Shown here: piece after piece, positions 26,918-34,791 of the stretch
How the letters are laid out: every line of letters starts with the position of its first letter
Position numbering within the stretch: the stretch's first letter is position 1
Notes under the pieces: generated by a model
What the model saw: the letters and a program-made list of their open reading frames with translations, nothing else
Told to the model about the DNA's origin: nothing
Database searches by the model: none
Made by a program: the position numbers and the translations under genes
IMG/VR virus record: IMGVR_UViG_3300037483_000151
Span: 1-42,747 of that record
Length of the DNA: 42,747 bases
Direction: 5' to 3' (one strand)
Source of the DNA: a virus
Lineage: Duplodnaviria; Caudoviricetes

Positions 26918-28027
26918 CTACATTTCTGGTTTAGGTTGTTTCGGCTTACATTGGTTGCTAGCCCAAGCACTAGCAATATCTGGATCTCTTAGGTAGCGCA
27001 TAATGGACGCTTGACTCATACCGAGATACCCGCCTAGTTGTCTTTGAGTAGCTTCAATCTTGTATTCTTCCGCCTTAATGAAACCTAGTAGTACAGTCTT
27101 ACTGTCTGAGAGCTTCTGTGAGACTTGATCAGTTACAGGTATCCAAGGCCATTCATTCTTACTGGCGTCCCCTCTGCGTAGCTTTGAGGGCCACTGACGA
27201 CCCCCTAGGCGGTCCCCTCTAAATCCCTCTAGCAGATAAGTCTCTCCCCCGTCTTCACTACCGAGCCACTTACCGAACTCAGGCCACCCACTCCACAACT
27301 GAGATCCGTAGGGCCTCTTAACCCGACTCTTGTTCTCATCAGTGGTCATAGGTGAATGCTGCTCTAGCATCACTGCACATCCGAACTCAGACCTAATTCG
27401 ATCAAGCACATGCTGAATCGCTTGTGCATGCGGATCGTAACGTCTGTCCTCACTAAGGCACATCTTGTAAATAGGGCCTATGAATAGGAAGTCAGGCTTA
27501 GCACTTTCAACGAAAGCCAGAAGCTTCTCAACAGACTTCTGATTCGCTAGGTCTATGCCAGTGTCCATTGTGCTGAAAGCGAGCATCCCAGGGGCTACCC
27601 GACCATCTGAGAGCCGTAGAAGGGGCTTGAATGCGGACGCCTCTGTGTGTTTCCCATTCTCTAGATCCACGTAAGCAACCCTCTTAGGCTCAGCCTCAAC
27701 AAAGCTAAAAGGGTGAATGCCAGATGCAAGCGTGACGCAGAGCTGTCTAGCGAATGTTGTCTTACCTGCTGATCCCTCATAGCCGGTAATGACAAAGCGT
27801 TCCCCTCTTGCGAGTACATCGGGAATCACAAAGTCAAAGTCATCGCCTGTGTCCTCAAGCAAGTCAAGGATATCCGAGGTAATAAACTCTGCCGGGGGTC
27901 CTGCTAGTTCCTCTCTGCGTAGTTGAGACGCCTCTTCCCGAATGCGAATAAGCTCTAGTGCTTGGCGAACCTTTTTCTCATGCCGTTGGACATCATCAGG
28001 AAAAAGGCCGTCATACTTATCCGCCAC
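26918..28027 (-). CDS. RepA/DnaB-like (AAA_25) helicase with C-terminal HTH
   Basis: Walker A GYEGSAGKTT; YVDLEN; IGPIYK; RPYGS-x2-W-x2-WPEFG; paired with the prim-pol gene. Confidence 0.85.
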   Translation of the reverse strand: MADKYDGLFPDDVQRHEKKVRQALELIRIREEASQLRREELAGPPAEFITSDILDLLEDTGDDFDFVIPDVLARGERFVITGYEGSAGKTTFARQLCVTLASGIHPFSFVEAEPKRVAYVDLENGKHTEASAFKPLLRLSDGRVAPGMLAFSTMDTGIDLANQKSVEKLLAFVESAKPDFLFIGPIYKMCLSEDRRYDPHAQAIQHVLDRIRSEFGCAVMLEQHSPMTTDENKSRVKRPYGSQLWSGWPEFGKWLGSEDGGETYLLEGFRGDRLGGRQWPSKLRRGDASKNEWPWIPVTDQVSQKLSDSKTVLLGFIKAEEYKIEATQRQLGGYLGMSQASIMRYLRDPDIASAWASNQCKPKQPKPEM

Positions 28028-28043
28028 TTAATACCCCTAGACA

Positions 28044-28991
28044 CTAGAAACCGCACAGAATCGGGTAAAGCTTTCCTTGCTCAATTCCACGCAGAATCTT
28101 AGGTGTCACCCAGGTGTCACGCTCGTTTTGTGTAATGTCCCATGAGTCTGTTGCCTTTTGCAAAAGCTCTACTGCGTATTCCTCGTAAGCCTTTTCATCG
28201 GGTAGTAGGCAACCGGCTAGCAAACCACCAATTGCGAAACATTCCTTATTAAGTGTCGTATCGCGTGTGCCAGGTTTTGCGTCACGAACATTACAGACGA
28301 TATCGCTTAGTCGTTCTTTCAAATCTTCTAGATCAGCCTCTTCTAGATCTATGCGGCCCTCTCTAATGTCCATGGCATTTTCTTCTGATTTTGTGAAGTC
28401 ATAACGAGAGAATAGATATTCGAAATACCTAGAGTATTCCAGGGAGCTTTCAGGCTCTCTTAGAGCCTGCCAATCAAACCCCTGGGTGAGTTGGTAGTGT
28501 TTCCCCTTTCTCTTGGTTGGAGGGATGAACACAAAACCCCTACCGTTACCCCCGTCATCTCCGGCTTGAAGGTCCACCCCTTCCCATGGTGTGTATTTTC
28601 GGAAGTGAGAACGCTTGATGTAGTAGTGAGTTCCTCCCGATGGGGTTGCGACTGTTCCTCTAGGTGGTGGCATCATTTGGTTGGCCCATAGCGTCCGTTC
28701 GATAGCGTCGCCACCATTACGGGGATCAATGTCTAGTACATCGAATGCAATACCGGTTACTGCGCATACGGCATAAAGCGGTTTCCAGCCTTCTAGGTGC
28801 TTCTCATCTGCATCTATATAAGGCCAGTCTTCTGGATAGTCGTACTCAGCTCTACTACTCATATTGAGTGGGAACTTCTTAGCAATGAATACGGGTACTC
28901 CATTAGCGATGAATTCACGGGCAAGATCAAGACGGCTATCCAAGATCGTTTCCTTCCGCTCGGGGGCGCGCGTGTCAGGGGGACGCACCAT
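28044..28991 (-). CDS. Bifunctional primase-polymerase (Prim-Pol)
   Basis: GVPVF; TG-x2-FDVLDIDPRNGG; TPSGGTHYY; GFVFIPPT; G-x-RD-x2-LN. Confidence 0.9.
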   Translation of the reverse strand: MVRPPDTRAPERKETILDSRLDLAREFIANGVPVFIAKKFPLNMSSRAEYDYPEDWPYIDADEKHLEGWKPLYAVCAVTGIAFDVLDIDPRNGGDAIERTLWANQMMPPPRGTVATPSGGTHYYIKRSHFRKYTPWEGVDLQAGDDGGNGRGFVFIPPTKRKGKHYQLTQGFDWQALREPESSLEYSRYFEYLFSRYDFTKSEENAMDIREGRIDLEEADLEDLKERLSDIVCNVRDAKPGTRDTTLNKECFAIGGLLAGCLLPDEKAYEEYAVELLQKATDSWDITQNERDTWVTPKILRGIEQGKLYPILCGF

Positions 28992-29140
28992 AGCACACGC
29001 TCACAGCCCTCCTGAGGCCACGCTGGCTAGGCCCTGGTCCCTCTGCATCCCCCTGCTAGCGCGCCGTCCTGGGAGCGCTCTGAGCCGCCCTGCCCCTGTA
29101 GTCATCCCACTACTCTAAGTAGTCACTCTTAGGCATAAGA

Positions 29141-29171
29141 AAGGGCGGCTACTCAGTGAGTAGCCGCCCTT
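29141..29171 (-). terminator. Terminator of the leftward early operon
   Basis: AAGGGCGGCTACTC-ACT-GAGTAGCCGCCCTT followed by TCTT, just after the stop at 29179. Confidence 0.8.
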
Positions 29172-29178
29172 AAGTAAC

Positions 29179-29580
29179 TCAGGTAATTGCGAGTGATGCG
29201 CGTCCGTAGTCCAAGTCTTGTAGCTCGTCACCCCATGCAAGCATTCCCTCTGGCTTGTGGGGATGGAAGGGAGCTTCGTAAGAACCTTTGAGTCGCAGGA
29301 ACTCGCGTGCCTCATGCTCTTCCACCTTCATGATGGCTGCAATGACCAGGCGCATCAGGTCGAGTGTGTTCCGGCATCCTCCCACATTGAGAAGGAATCC
29401 GACTGACGGTCGAATCGAGACACGCATGCGTGCTTCCATGAGTCTCTGATTTGAGTTGAATGCGGGGAAGGTCATACCGAAGTAGACAGCGTTCTCTCCC
29501 TCAGCTTCTGCTGAGAAGTACCAGTCAGGCTTATACGAGAGTTGAGTATCCAGGAATTCAGCCGCAATACTGCTGTGCAT
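29179..29580 (-). CDS. Hypothetical protein (start MHSSIAAE)
   Basis: CGAAAGGCGAACTC-ATG; LSYKPDW...EEHEAREFL...PFHPH. Confidence 0.75.
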   Translation of the reverse strand: MHSSIAAEFLDTQLSYKPDWYFSAEAEGENAVYFGMTFPAFNSNQRLMEARMRVSIRPSVGFLLNVGGCRNTLDLMRLVIAAIMKVEEHEAREFLRLKGSYEAPFHPHKPEGMLAWGDELQDLDYGRASLAIT

Positions 29581-29617
29581 GAGTTCGCCTTTCGATTGGT
29601 AGAGCAGGGGGAGTGAG

Positions 29618-29797
29618 TTACCGGGAAACGTGGCTGTACTGGAATCGGCGTGCGTCATCGTAGGTCGGGAACGGTCGCATCATGAGAACCGCGCTCCCCT
29701 GATAGGTGACGCGAGTACGCACGATGACGTACCAACGTCCGACGTAGTAAGCGATCGACATACGGACGTCATTGGGGAATGGGGCTTCCGTGTTCAT
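29618..29797 (-). CDS. 59-aa hypothetical protein (MNTEAPFPND...)
   Basis: ATGA overlap with upstream ORF. Confidence 0.55.
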   Translation of the reverse strand: MNTEAPFPNDVRMSIAYYVGRWYVIVRTRVTYQGSAVLMMRPFPTYDDARRFQYSHVSR

Positions 29798-29910
29798 GCG
29801 ATGTCTTCCATTTCGTCGTATTCGCCATCTGTGTAGGACGTGAGGGTCTGCGTGAACAGGAAGTTTCCTTCACTGTCATAGATGTCAGTGACAGTAACCT
29901 TTCGTGCCAT
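29794..29910 (-). CDS. 38-aa acidic protein MARKVTVTDIYDSEGNFLFTQTLTSYTDGEYDEMEDIA
   Basis: CGAAAGGCGAACTC-ATG start context. Confidence 0.65.
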   Translation of the reverse strand: MARKVTVTDIYDSEGNFLFTQTLTSYTDGEYDEMEDIA

Positions 29911-29990
29911 GAGTTCGCCTTTCGAGTAGGACAGTGGCCGTGCTGACCGAAAAGCCCTCACTTACCCCGATAGGAGTGAGGGCCAATCCG

Positions 29991-30125
29991 CTAGTACGGG
30001 AGACGTCCAGTGCGCTGGTGGAAGATCCGGTTATCGCGATCGTCTCGCCACGCAGTGAGTTGGTTGAAGAGCGCCAGTACGGCAATGGGAGCGGTGACGA
30101 ACAGAGCGCCGATAAGAACAGTCAT
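29991..30125 (-). CDS. 44-aa membrane protein (MTVLIGALFVTAPIAVLALF...)
   Basis: TGATG-coupled; N-terminal TM; followed by hairpin 29954-29983. Confidence 0.55.
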   Translation of the reverse strand: MTVLIGALFVTAPIAVLALFNQLTAWRDDRDNRIFHQRTGRLPY

Positions 30126-30451
30126 CAGAACCGGTCCCTCATGGGTCGATCGGACACGTGCGGCATGGAGTCCGAAGCGGCTTTGTCCTGCTCCCAGTCC
30201 GAGTAGAAGTAGTCCGCGCGGTTGTCCTGTTCGATCGCGTCTGCGAGTGCCTTACGGACGGCCCTGATGCCTTCCAGGTCCATCTCAACCATCTTGTTCC
30301 ATAGTGCCTCTGCGACGCTCGCCTCATTGGCGAAGTAGTGCGCCATGTCCGGGTCATCCTTGAAGGTGATTGCGTTGGTCCTCATGGACTCCATGTAGAG
30401 CCGCATGGCGACACGCAGCGTCTGCGATTCGTCCGGGGTGAAGTCACTCAT
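30125..30451 (-). CDS. Hypothetical protein (start MSDFTPDE)
   Basis: GAAAGGCGAGTC-ATG. Confidence 0.7.
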   Translation of the reverse strand: MSDFTPDESQTLRVAMRLYMESMRTNAITFKDDPDMAHYFANEASVAEALWNKMVEMDLEGIRAVRKALADAIEQDNRADYFYSDWEQDKAASDSMPHVSDRPMRDRF

Positions 30452-30527
30452 GACTCGCCTTTCATTGTGCGGAGTTGGCCGAATAGCCACAAGGCGAGTC
30501 CCGAAGGACCCCCTTGAAGTGATTCGG

Positions 30528-30758
30528 TCAGAAGTGCATGGGACCTGTACAGAGCCACTCAGAGAGCCCGTGAATGCATGTCGGATAGAGAAGCTCAATC
30601 AGCCGCTTGTGTTCGGCCTTGATCTCGGAGTTCTCCGTTTCGTAGAAGGCGTGAGTGCGGGACTTGCGAGCGATGAATTCGAGTGCCTGGTCTTCTGTGG
30701 TGAATTCCGCGTAGTAGGAACGTCGTTGCTCGCAGATGTGAACTTCCAGCTTGATCAT
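30528..30758 (-). CDS. Hypothetical protein with C-terminal YPTC-x-HGLS-x2-LC-x-GP-x-H motif
   Basis: CGAAAGGCGATTCA-ATG; Cys/His tail. Confidence 0.75.
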   Translation of the reverse strand: MIKLEVHICEQRRSYYAEFTTEDQALEFIARKSRTHAFYETENSEIKAEHKRLIELLYPTCIHGLSEWLCTGPMHF

Positions 30759-30942
30759 TGAATCGCCTTTCGAGTCACTGGTGAACGGCCATAGCAGCGG
30801 ACATCAGAGATGCCCACCACTAAAGCGGAGCGTCAGGACGCAGCAACCCACATTGCGTAGGTCGTTTTCTCGTCAGTGGACCATTGCGCCATCAGGGCAT
30901 TGGCCTCTTGAATGGTGCGAGTACTCACCGTGTTGACTTGCT

Positions 30943-31239
30943 CTAGCCATGCCTTGAGGGGGTCCATGCCCAGTCTGCCTTTCGGTTGAGGTCCACAAGC
31001 ATTTCAGCCGCTACTAGGTGATAGCAACGGCCGTAGTTGAGAAAGCCCTTACAGGTGCAAGAGCGTTCGTCTGTGTCCACCATGTAGGTGTTCGTGCCAT
31101 CGCTGGACACGATAAGCCAGATGCCATCGCGACTACCAGCCAGAATGGCTTGTGTCTCGATAAGTTCCATGGCCTTGACGACTTGTGCGGGACGCTTGTC
31201 ACTGGCGAACAAGTCCAGTGTGGGAGTGGGGGAACTCAT
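30943..31239 (-). CDS. SWIM zinc-finger protein (start MSSPTPT)
   Basis: V-x-S-x-DG-x3-Y-x-V...CTC-x8-CYH; ATGA overlap. Confidence 0.75.
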   Translation of the reverse strand: MSSPTPTLDLFASDKRPAQVVKAMELIETQAILAGSRDGIWLIVSSDGTNTYMVDTDERSCTCKGFLNYGRCYHLVAAEMLVDLNRKADWAWTPSRHG

Positions 31240-31601
31240 GACCAGACCCCGTCTCGGTAGTAGTGGTCTGCGTGAGTGGGACACGTGATGTCGTGTGCCC
31301 AACCCTCACGAGTCATGACGCAGACGTAACCGGTGTACTTGATACGGCCGTATTCGTCGGTCGCGTGTGAGGCCACCTGCATACCGATGCCGTACTGAGT
31401 ACGTTCTTCCGGCAGAACATCGAACGGCGAGTGATAGCCGCAGAGTGCCGTTCCCGCCTTAGCGACTGGAAGCGACTTGAGAAGGATGTGAACGGCGAGT
31501 GAGGGCTTACCGTGATCCCCCTTGCATCCGTTGCTTCCGTACGTCCATGCGCACGGAACGTCTTTCGGAGCGGCCTTGACTGATTCGGTCCTGTAACTCA
31601 T
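31236..31601 (-). CDS. Cys/His-rich hypothetical protein, first gene of the leftward operon (start MSYRTES)
   Basis: CGAAAGGCGAACTC-ATG; LCGYHSPFD; H-x3-C-x2-H. Confidence 0.7.
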   Translation of the reverse strand: MSYRTESVKAAPKDVPCAWTYGSNGCKGDHGKPSLAVHILLKSLPVAKAGTALCGYHSPFDVLPEERTQYGIGMQVASHATDEYGRIKYTGYVCVMTREGWAHDITCPTHADHYYRDGVWS

Positions 31602-31619
31602 GAGTTCGCCTTTCGTTGG

Positions 31620-31865
31620 AGTGGCCTTACTAGTGAGAGTGGTGAGTCTTGCACTCACTGACTACTAACTAGTCACTCTCGCCACTGAGTACTACTCAGC
31701 ACAACCGATGCCCTTGAGTAGGGAGGACTGAGTTAGGCCCTTACTCGGTTGTCTTACCGTCTCTAGTGTCTGGTTCTCAGGCTTACCGGGTTTGGAGGAC
31801 TATGCGGATCTTACGATCCCTACGTACCGGGGCGGAGTGACTAGAGCCCGTATGAAGTTGTCTAT
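31620..31865 (-). ncRNA. About 250-nt structured leader or ncRNA of the leftward operon
   Basis: No ORF; nested inverted repeats GAGAGTG/CACTCTC, GTGAGT/ACTCAC, CTGAGT/ACTCAG, ACAACCGA/TCGGTTGT. Confidence 0.4.
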
Positions 31866-31869
31866 TGCC

Positions 31870-31898
31870 AAGTTCCCTTAGGCAGAGTGGTCAGTCAA
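31870..31898 (-). promoter_or_regulatory. Putative leftward promoter
   Basis: TTGACT-17 bp-GAACTT (weak -10). Confidence 0.35.
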
Positions 31899-32151
31899 GA
31901 GCTTCACTAGTCATCGTTACCAACCTGTGACTTGATCAGTTACACGATGTAGTCCCTACTCCCTGGGTGGTTCAGGCAATGTCCGACTAGGAGTAGTCCC
32001 AAAAGGTGGCTCTGACCAGGCAGAACCGCTAGCAGATCTCGCCGGATAGGTTGTACCTGAGAAGGGGTCTAGGCCCTTAGGGACGCTCTCAGAGCCATCT
32101 AGCCTGTTATACGGAGAGTCACAAAAACCTGAGTATCACCCAGGGAATAAG

Positions 32152-32181
32152 GTGACAATGACAACGGTTATCGGGTACAGT
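32152..32181 (+). promoter_or_regulatory. Putative rightward SigA/HrdB-type promoter
   Basis: GTGACA-18 bp-TACAGT, 35 nt before the Lsr2-like gene. Confidence 0.6.
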
Positions 32182-32216
32182 CCCCAGGACACAGATCGAA
32201 CAAGAGGAGTAGGACA

Positions 32217-32834
32217 GTGACTGAGACAGTCGAAACCCCCACGATTGATCTTGACCAGTTCGCCACCGCTGGCAGTGATCAGTTCATCACTACGGTTTGG
32301 CCGCAGATCAAGGCGCAGCTAGAGCAGATGGCTAAGGCGGTTGAAGATCTTAAGCGCTTCACTCCCCCTAGCACTCCTGAGATCTGGGAGTTCGTCAGGT
32401 CGGATGCCGGTAAGGCAGACGCGACGATCAAGGCGGCTACTGATCACATCACTGAGATGGAAGCCACGCTAGCCGCGCTCAAAGAGAAGCGGAACGCACG
32501 CGCGGTTGAGTTGATGGCACCTGAGACGGTTCCCACTGAGAAGCTAAATGAGATGCGCGCGGCATTCCAGGCTCAGAAGAACTCTGTGACTGGGCAGATC
32601 AATGCGGCTAAGAGCTATGCCGGGGTCATGGGCAAGACCGAACTTCTCACTGCGTTTGAGGAGATCAAGGTTCCCGGCTTTGTCCGGGGGTTGGGTGCCA
32701 CTACTCCCACTGGTGGCAACCCCGAGAACGCAGCGATTCGGGAGTGGGCTGTAAAGCAGGGTATTGAAGTCGGGACTAAGGGAAAGCTGCCTGAGGCAGT
32801 AGTCACCGCTTACCGTGCGGCTCACGCTTCCTAA
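32217..32834 (+). CDS. lsr2: Lsr2-like DNA-binding protein with long helical N-terminus
   Basis: C-terminal AIREWA-x2-QGIEV-x2-KGKLP-x2-VV-x-AY-x-AA matches the Lsr2 DNA-binding domain; GAGGAG SD. Confidence 0.8.
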   Translation: MTETVETPTIDLDQFATAGSDQFITTVWPQIKAQLEQMAKAVEDLKRFTPPSTPEIWEFVRSDAGKADATIKAATDHITEMEATLAALKEKRNARAVELMAPETVPTEKLNEMRAAFQAQKNSVTGQINAAKSYAGVMGKTELLTAFEEIKVPGFVRGLGATTPTGGNPENAAIREWAVKQGIEVGTKGKLPEAVVTAYRAAHAS

Positions 32835-32842
32835 GGAACTAG

Positions 32843-32875
32843 AAAGGGGAGTGGCTCACTGAGCCACTCCCCTTT
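32843..32875 (+). terminator. Terminator after the Lsr2-like gene
   Basis: AAAGGGGAGTGGCTC-ACT-GAGCCACTCCCCTTT followed by ATT. Confidence 0.8.
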
Positions 32876-32902
32876 ATTCGCATCCCCTTAAGGAATAGAC
32901 AC

Positions 32903-33097
32903 ATGACACTAGTAGAACGCATTCGACTACTCGGACTAGTACAGACTCGATTCACTGAGTACCTAGACGCACTACAGCACTATGACGCAATGCGAGTACA
33001 GGACGGCCAAATAATAAAGCCGCGTGATGACGAGTCACTACTAGATGACTTCGCTTACTACCTACTCAGAGACGATCATGACGGGGAATCATTCTGA
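32903..33097 (+). CDS. Hypothetical protein
   Basis: AAGGA SD; 64 aa. Confidence 0.65.
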   Translation: MTLVERIRLLGLVQTRFTEYLDALQHYDAMRVQDGQIIKPRDDESLLDDFAYYLLRDDHDGESF

Positions 33098-33219
33098 TGT
33101 GGTGTGCGACCAACCTAAACACAGACGAATACTACCTATGCGACTCGTTTGATGAGGCGTGGGTACTTGCTGATATCAGCAAGTGGAAAGAAGTCCGAAT
33201 CACCTTTGTAGAGGAGTAA
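33097..33219 (+). CDS. 40-aa hypothetical protein (MWCATNLNTDEYYLCDSFDEAW...)
   Basis: TGATG-coupled. Confidence 0.5.
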   Translation: MWCATNLNTDEYYLCDSFDEAWVLADISKWKEVRITFVEE

Positions 33220-33224
33220 CGACA

Positions 33225-33374
33225 ATGAACCAACCACTGATTATGCATGTCGACCTGGAAACAGGTAAGGCACGCATAGAGTCGGGAGAACCACTTGACC
33301 CGGACGCATATCAAGTGCTAGCCATCACTGATAAGGAAAGCAGAATCACAACTTCTTTCCAGAGAGCAGAGTAA
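33225..33374 (+). CDS. Hypothetical protein (start MNQPLI)
   Basis: GAGGAG SD. Confidence 0.55.
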   Translation: MNQPLIMHVDLETGKARIESGEPLDPDAYQVLAITDKESRITTSFQRAE

Positions 33375-33379
33375 GGGTA

Positions 33380-33565
33380 ATGAAGATTAGAGAACTGATT
33401 GAGTTGGCTAGTAAGTTCCCGCCGGAAATGGACATTGCTTTCTGGGATGTCTATGGGAAAGAGGGCGGCTACTCACTGCAAAAGACACTCAACATGGAAG
33501 TGCATGAGTATCCCAATGGCTATAGGGAAGTAAGGGCTTCAGTAGAGGAGGACTACACAAAGTAA
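33380..33565 (+). CDS. Hypothetical protein
   Basis: MKIRELIE-x4-FPPEMDI N-terminus common in small phage proteins. Confidence 0.7.
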   Translation: MKIRELIELASKFPPEMDIAFWDVYGKEGGYSLQKTLNMEVHEYPNGYREVRASVEEDYTK

Positions 33566-33692
33566 CGATCTGTCACCCTGGGTGAGATCATGCCTCTGAC
33601 CTGGGGAAAGCTAGCGCTTGACAGATGCTAGATGATCTGCTCTCATCAGGGTATGAAAACCGTTTCCAAACGGCGAGTAAGAAAGGCGAGTA

Positions 33693-33881
33693 GTGAGGAC
33701 ACAGGCGCAAGTACTTGAATGCATAGAGAAAGCATTTGAGAATCCGACTAAGAAAGCTCTTGACCACGCGCTAGAAGACATTGACTACTACGTCACTGAC
33801 TTCATGAAGTTGCTAAGTGATAAGCGGCACTTGCTAGTTGCTCTGTACGTAGACCTGGAATCGAAAGGCGAGTTGGTATGA
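33693..33881 (+). CDS. Hypothetical protein
   Basis: GAAAGGCGAGTA-GTG. Confidence 0.65.
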   Translation: MRTQAQVLECIEKAFENPTKKALDHALEDIDYYVTDFMKLLSDKRHLLVALYVDLESKGELV

Positions 33882-34393
33882 GTGGTGGCGGTAGCGGTAA
33901 GGGGAGTGGCAAGCTTCCCGCTAGGGCACACAACCCTAAGCGCATTGCGAGAATGGCAGCATCCTGGAAGCGCGGGCAGGAACGTAAGGACGCTAGGCGA
34001 TTGGCTCAGAGCAAGCGTGAGCGTGTGAACAAGGCACTCAATTCAGAGGGGAAGCTCACTAAGTGGGAAGCCCTCACAGAGGCTCATAGGGGCACGCGGA
34101 ACAAGCTCTATAACGTGGGCACTGCTGCTTATGTCATGAGTGCGCCGGTAGTGAAGCCCGCTAAGGGGCAGATGAATCCCGGACGCTCTGTGTCTATCGG
34201 CGCGACACTCAATGCAAAGCGAGTGATCACCGGTTGGGCATTCGCTTGCGTCAATTGCAGGACGCGTAAGGCTTACTCGAATGAGCATTTCCATGACCCG
34301 GAAGGGGCTGCAATTGAAGCGGGACGCGATCACATGTGCGCTCCCCAGTCATGGAAAAGCCCCGTGAAAGAGCTAGCACTACTGAACAGCTAA
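33878..34393 (+). CDS. Basic hypothetical protein with C-terminal CxxC...HxC
   Basis: CGAAAGGCGAG motif; ATGA overlap; Arg/Lys-rich. Confidence 0.7.
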   Translation: MSGGGSGKGSGKLPARAHNPKRIARMAASWKRGQERKDARRLAQSKRERVNKALNSEGKLTKWEALTEAHRGTRNKLYNVGTAAYVMSAPVVKPAKGQMNPGRSVSIGATLNAKRVITGWAFACVNCRTRKAYSNEHFHDPEGAAIEAGRDHMCAPQSWKSPVKELALLNS

Positions 34394-34398
34394 AGCTC

Positions 34399-34621
34399 TG
34401 TGAATGTCTTAACCGGGGGGTAGGGCATTCGCAGTAGTGAGGATGACCCTGTTTAAAACGGGGGCAGGGTCATCCTCCATTGGGGCGGCTAGGTGCTTTG
34501 TGGATAAGGTTAAAAGGGTTTCTCGTTGAATTCGCCTTCATGTTGGTATCGCATTAAAGGGGCTCCTTCCAGGGTCCTTAGCACACTCCACAAATAAGGT
34601 TCAATTACTTACGCTCCACTA
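34399..34621 (+). ncRNA. Two hairpins followed by a tRNA-Ala/tmRNA-like domain
   Basis: Hairpins 34399-34433 and 34439-34477; GGGGCG (34482) pairs CGCTCC-A (34612-34618); GGTTCAATT T-loop-like; TTTGTGGA/TCCACAAA helix. Confidence 0.45.
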
Positions 34622-34647
34622 CCCGGCAACCAACGAAAAGAAATGTC

Positions 34648-34791
34648 ATGCCAAAAGCTGCAAAGTATCTGCTTATCGGAATCCTCGCTATCTGGGTATT
34701 GCGTAATCCTAATGTAGCTGCCACCAGTATTAGTGATGTGCTTAATGCCATCTTCCTAGTAGCGGATGAAACAACTAAGCCCAAGACTTGA
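34648..34791 (+). CDS. 47-aa membrane protein (MPKAAKYLLIGILAIWVLRNP...)
   Basis: N-terminal TM; lies between structured RNAs. Confidence 0.55.
   Translation: MPKAAKYLLIGILAIWVLRNPNVAATSISDVLNAIFLVADETTKPKT

Noticed and set aside
33618-33650. Promoter at TTGACA 33618
   Set aside because: Perfect -35 in an intergenic gap but no convincing TANNNT -10 at 16-19 bp; left uncalled
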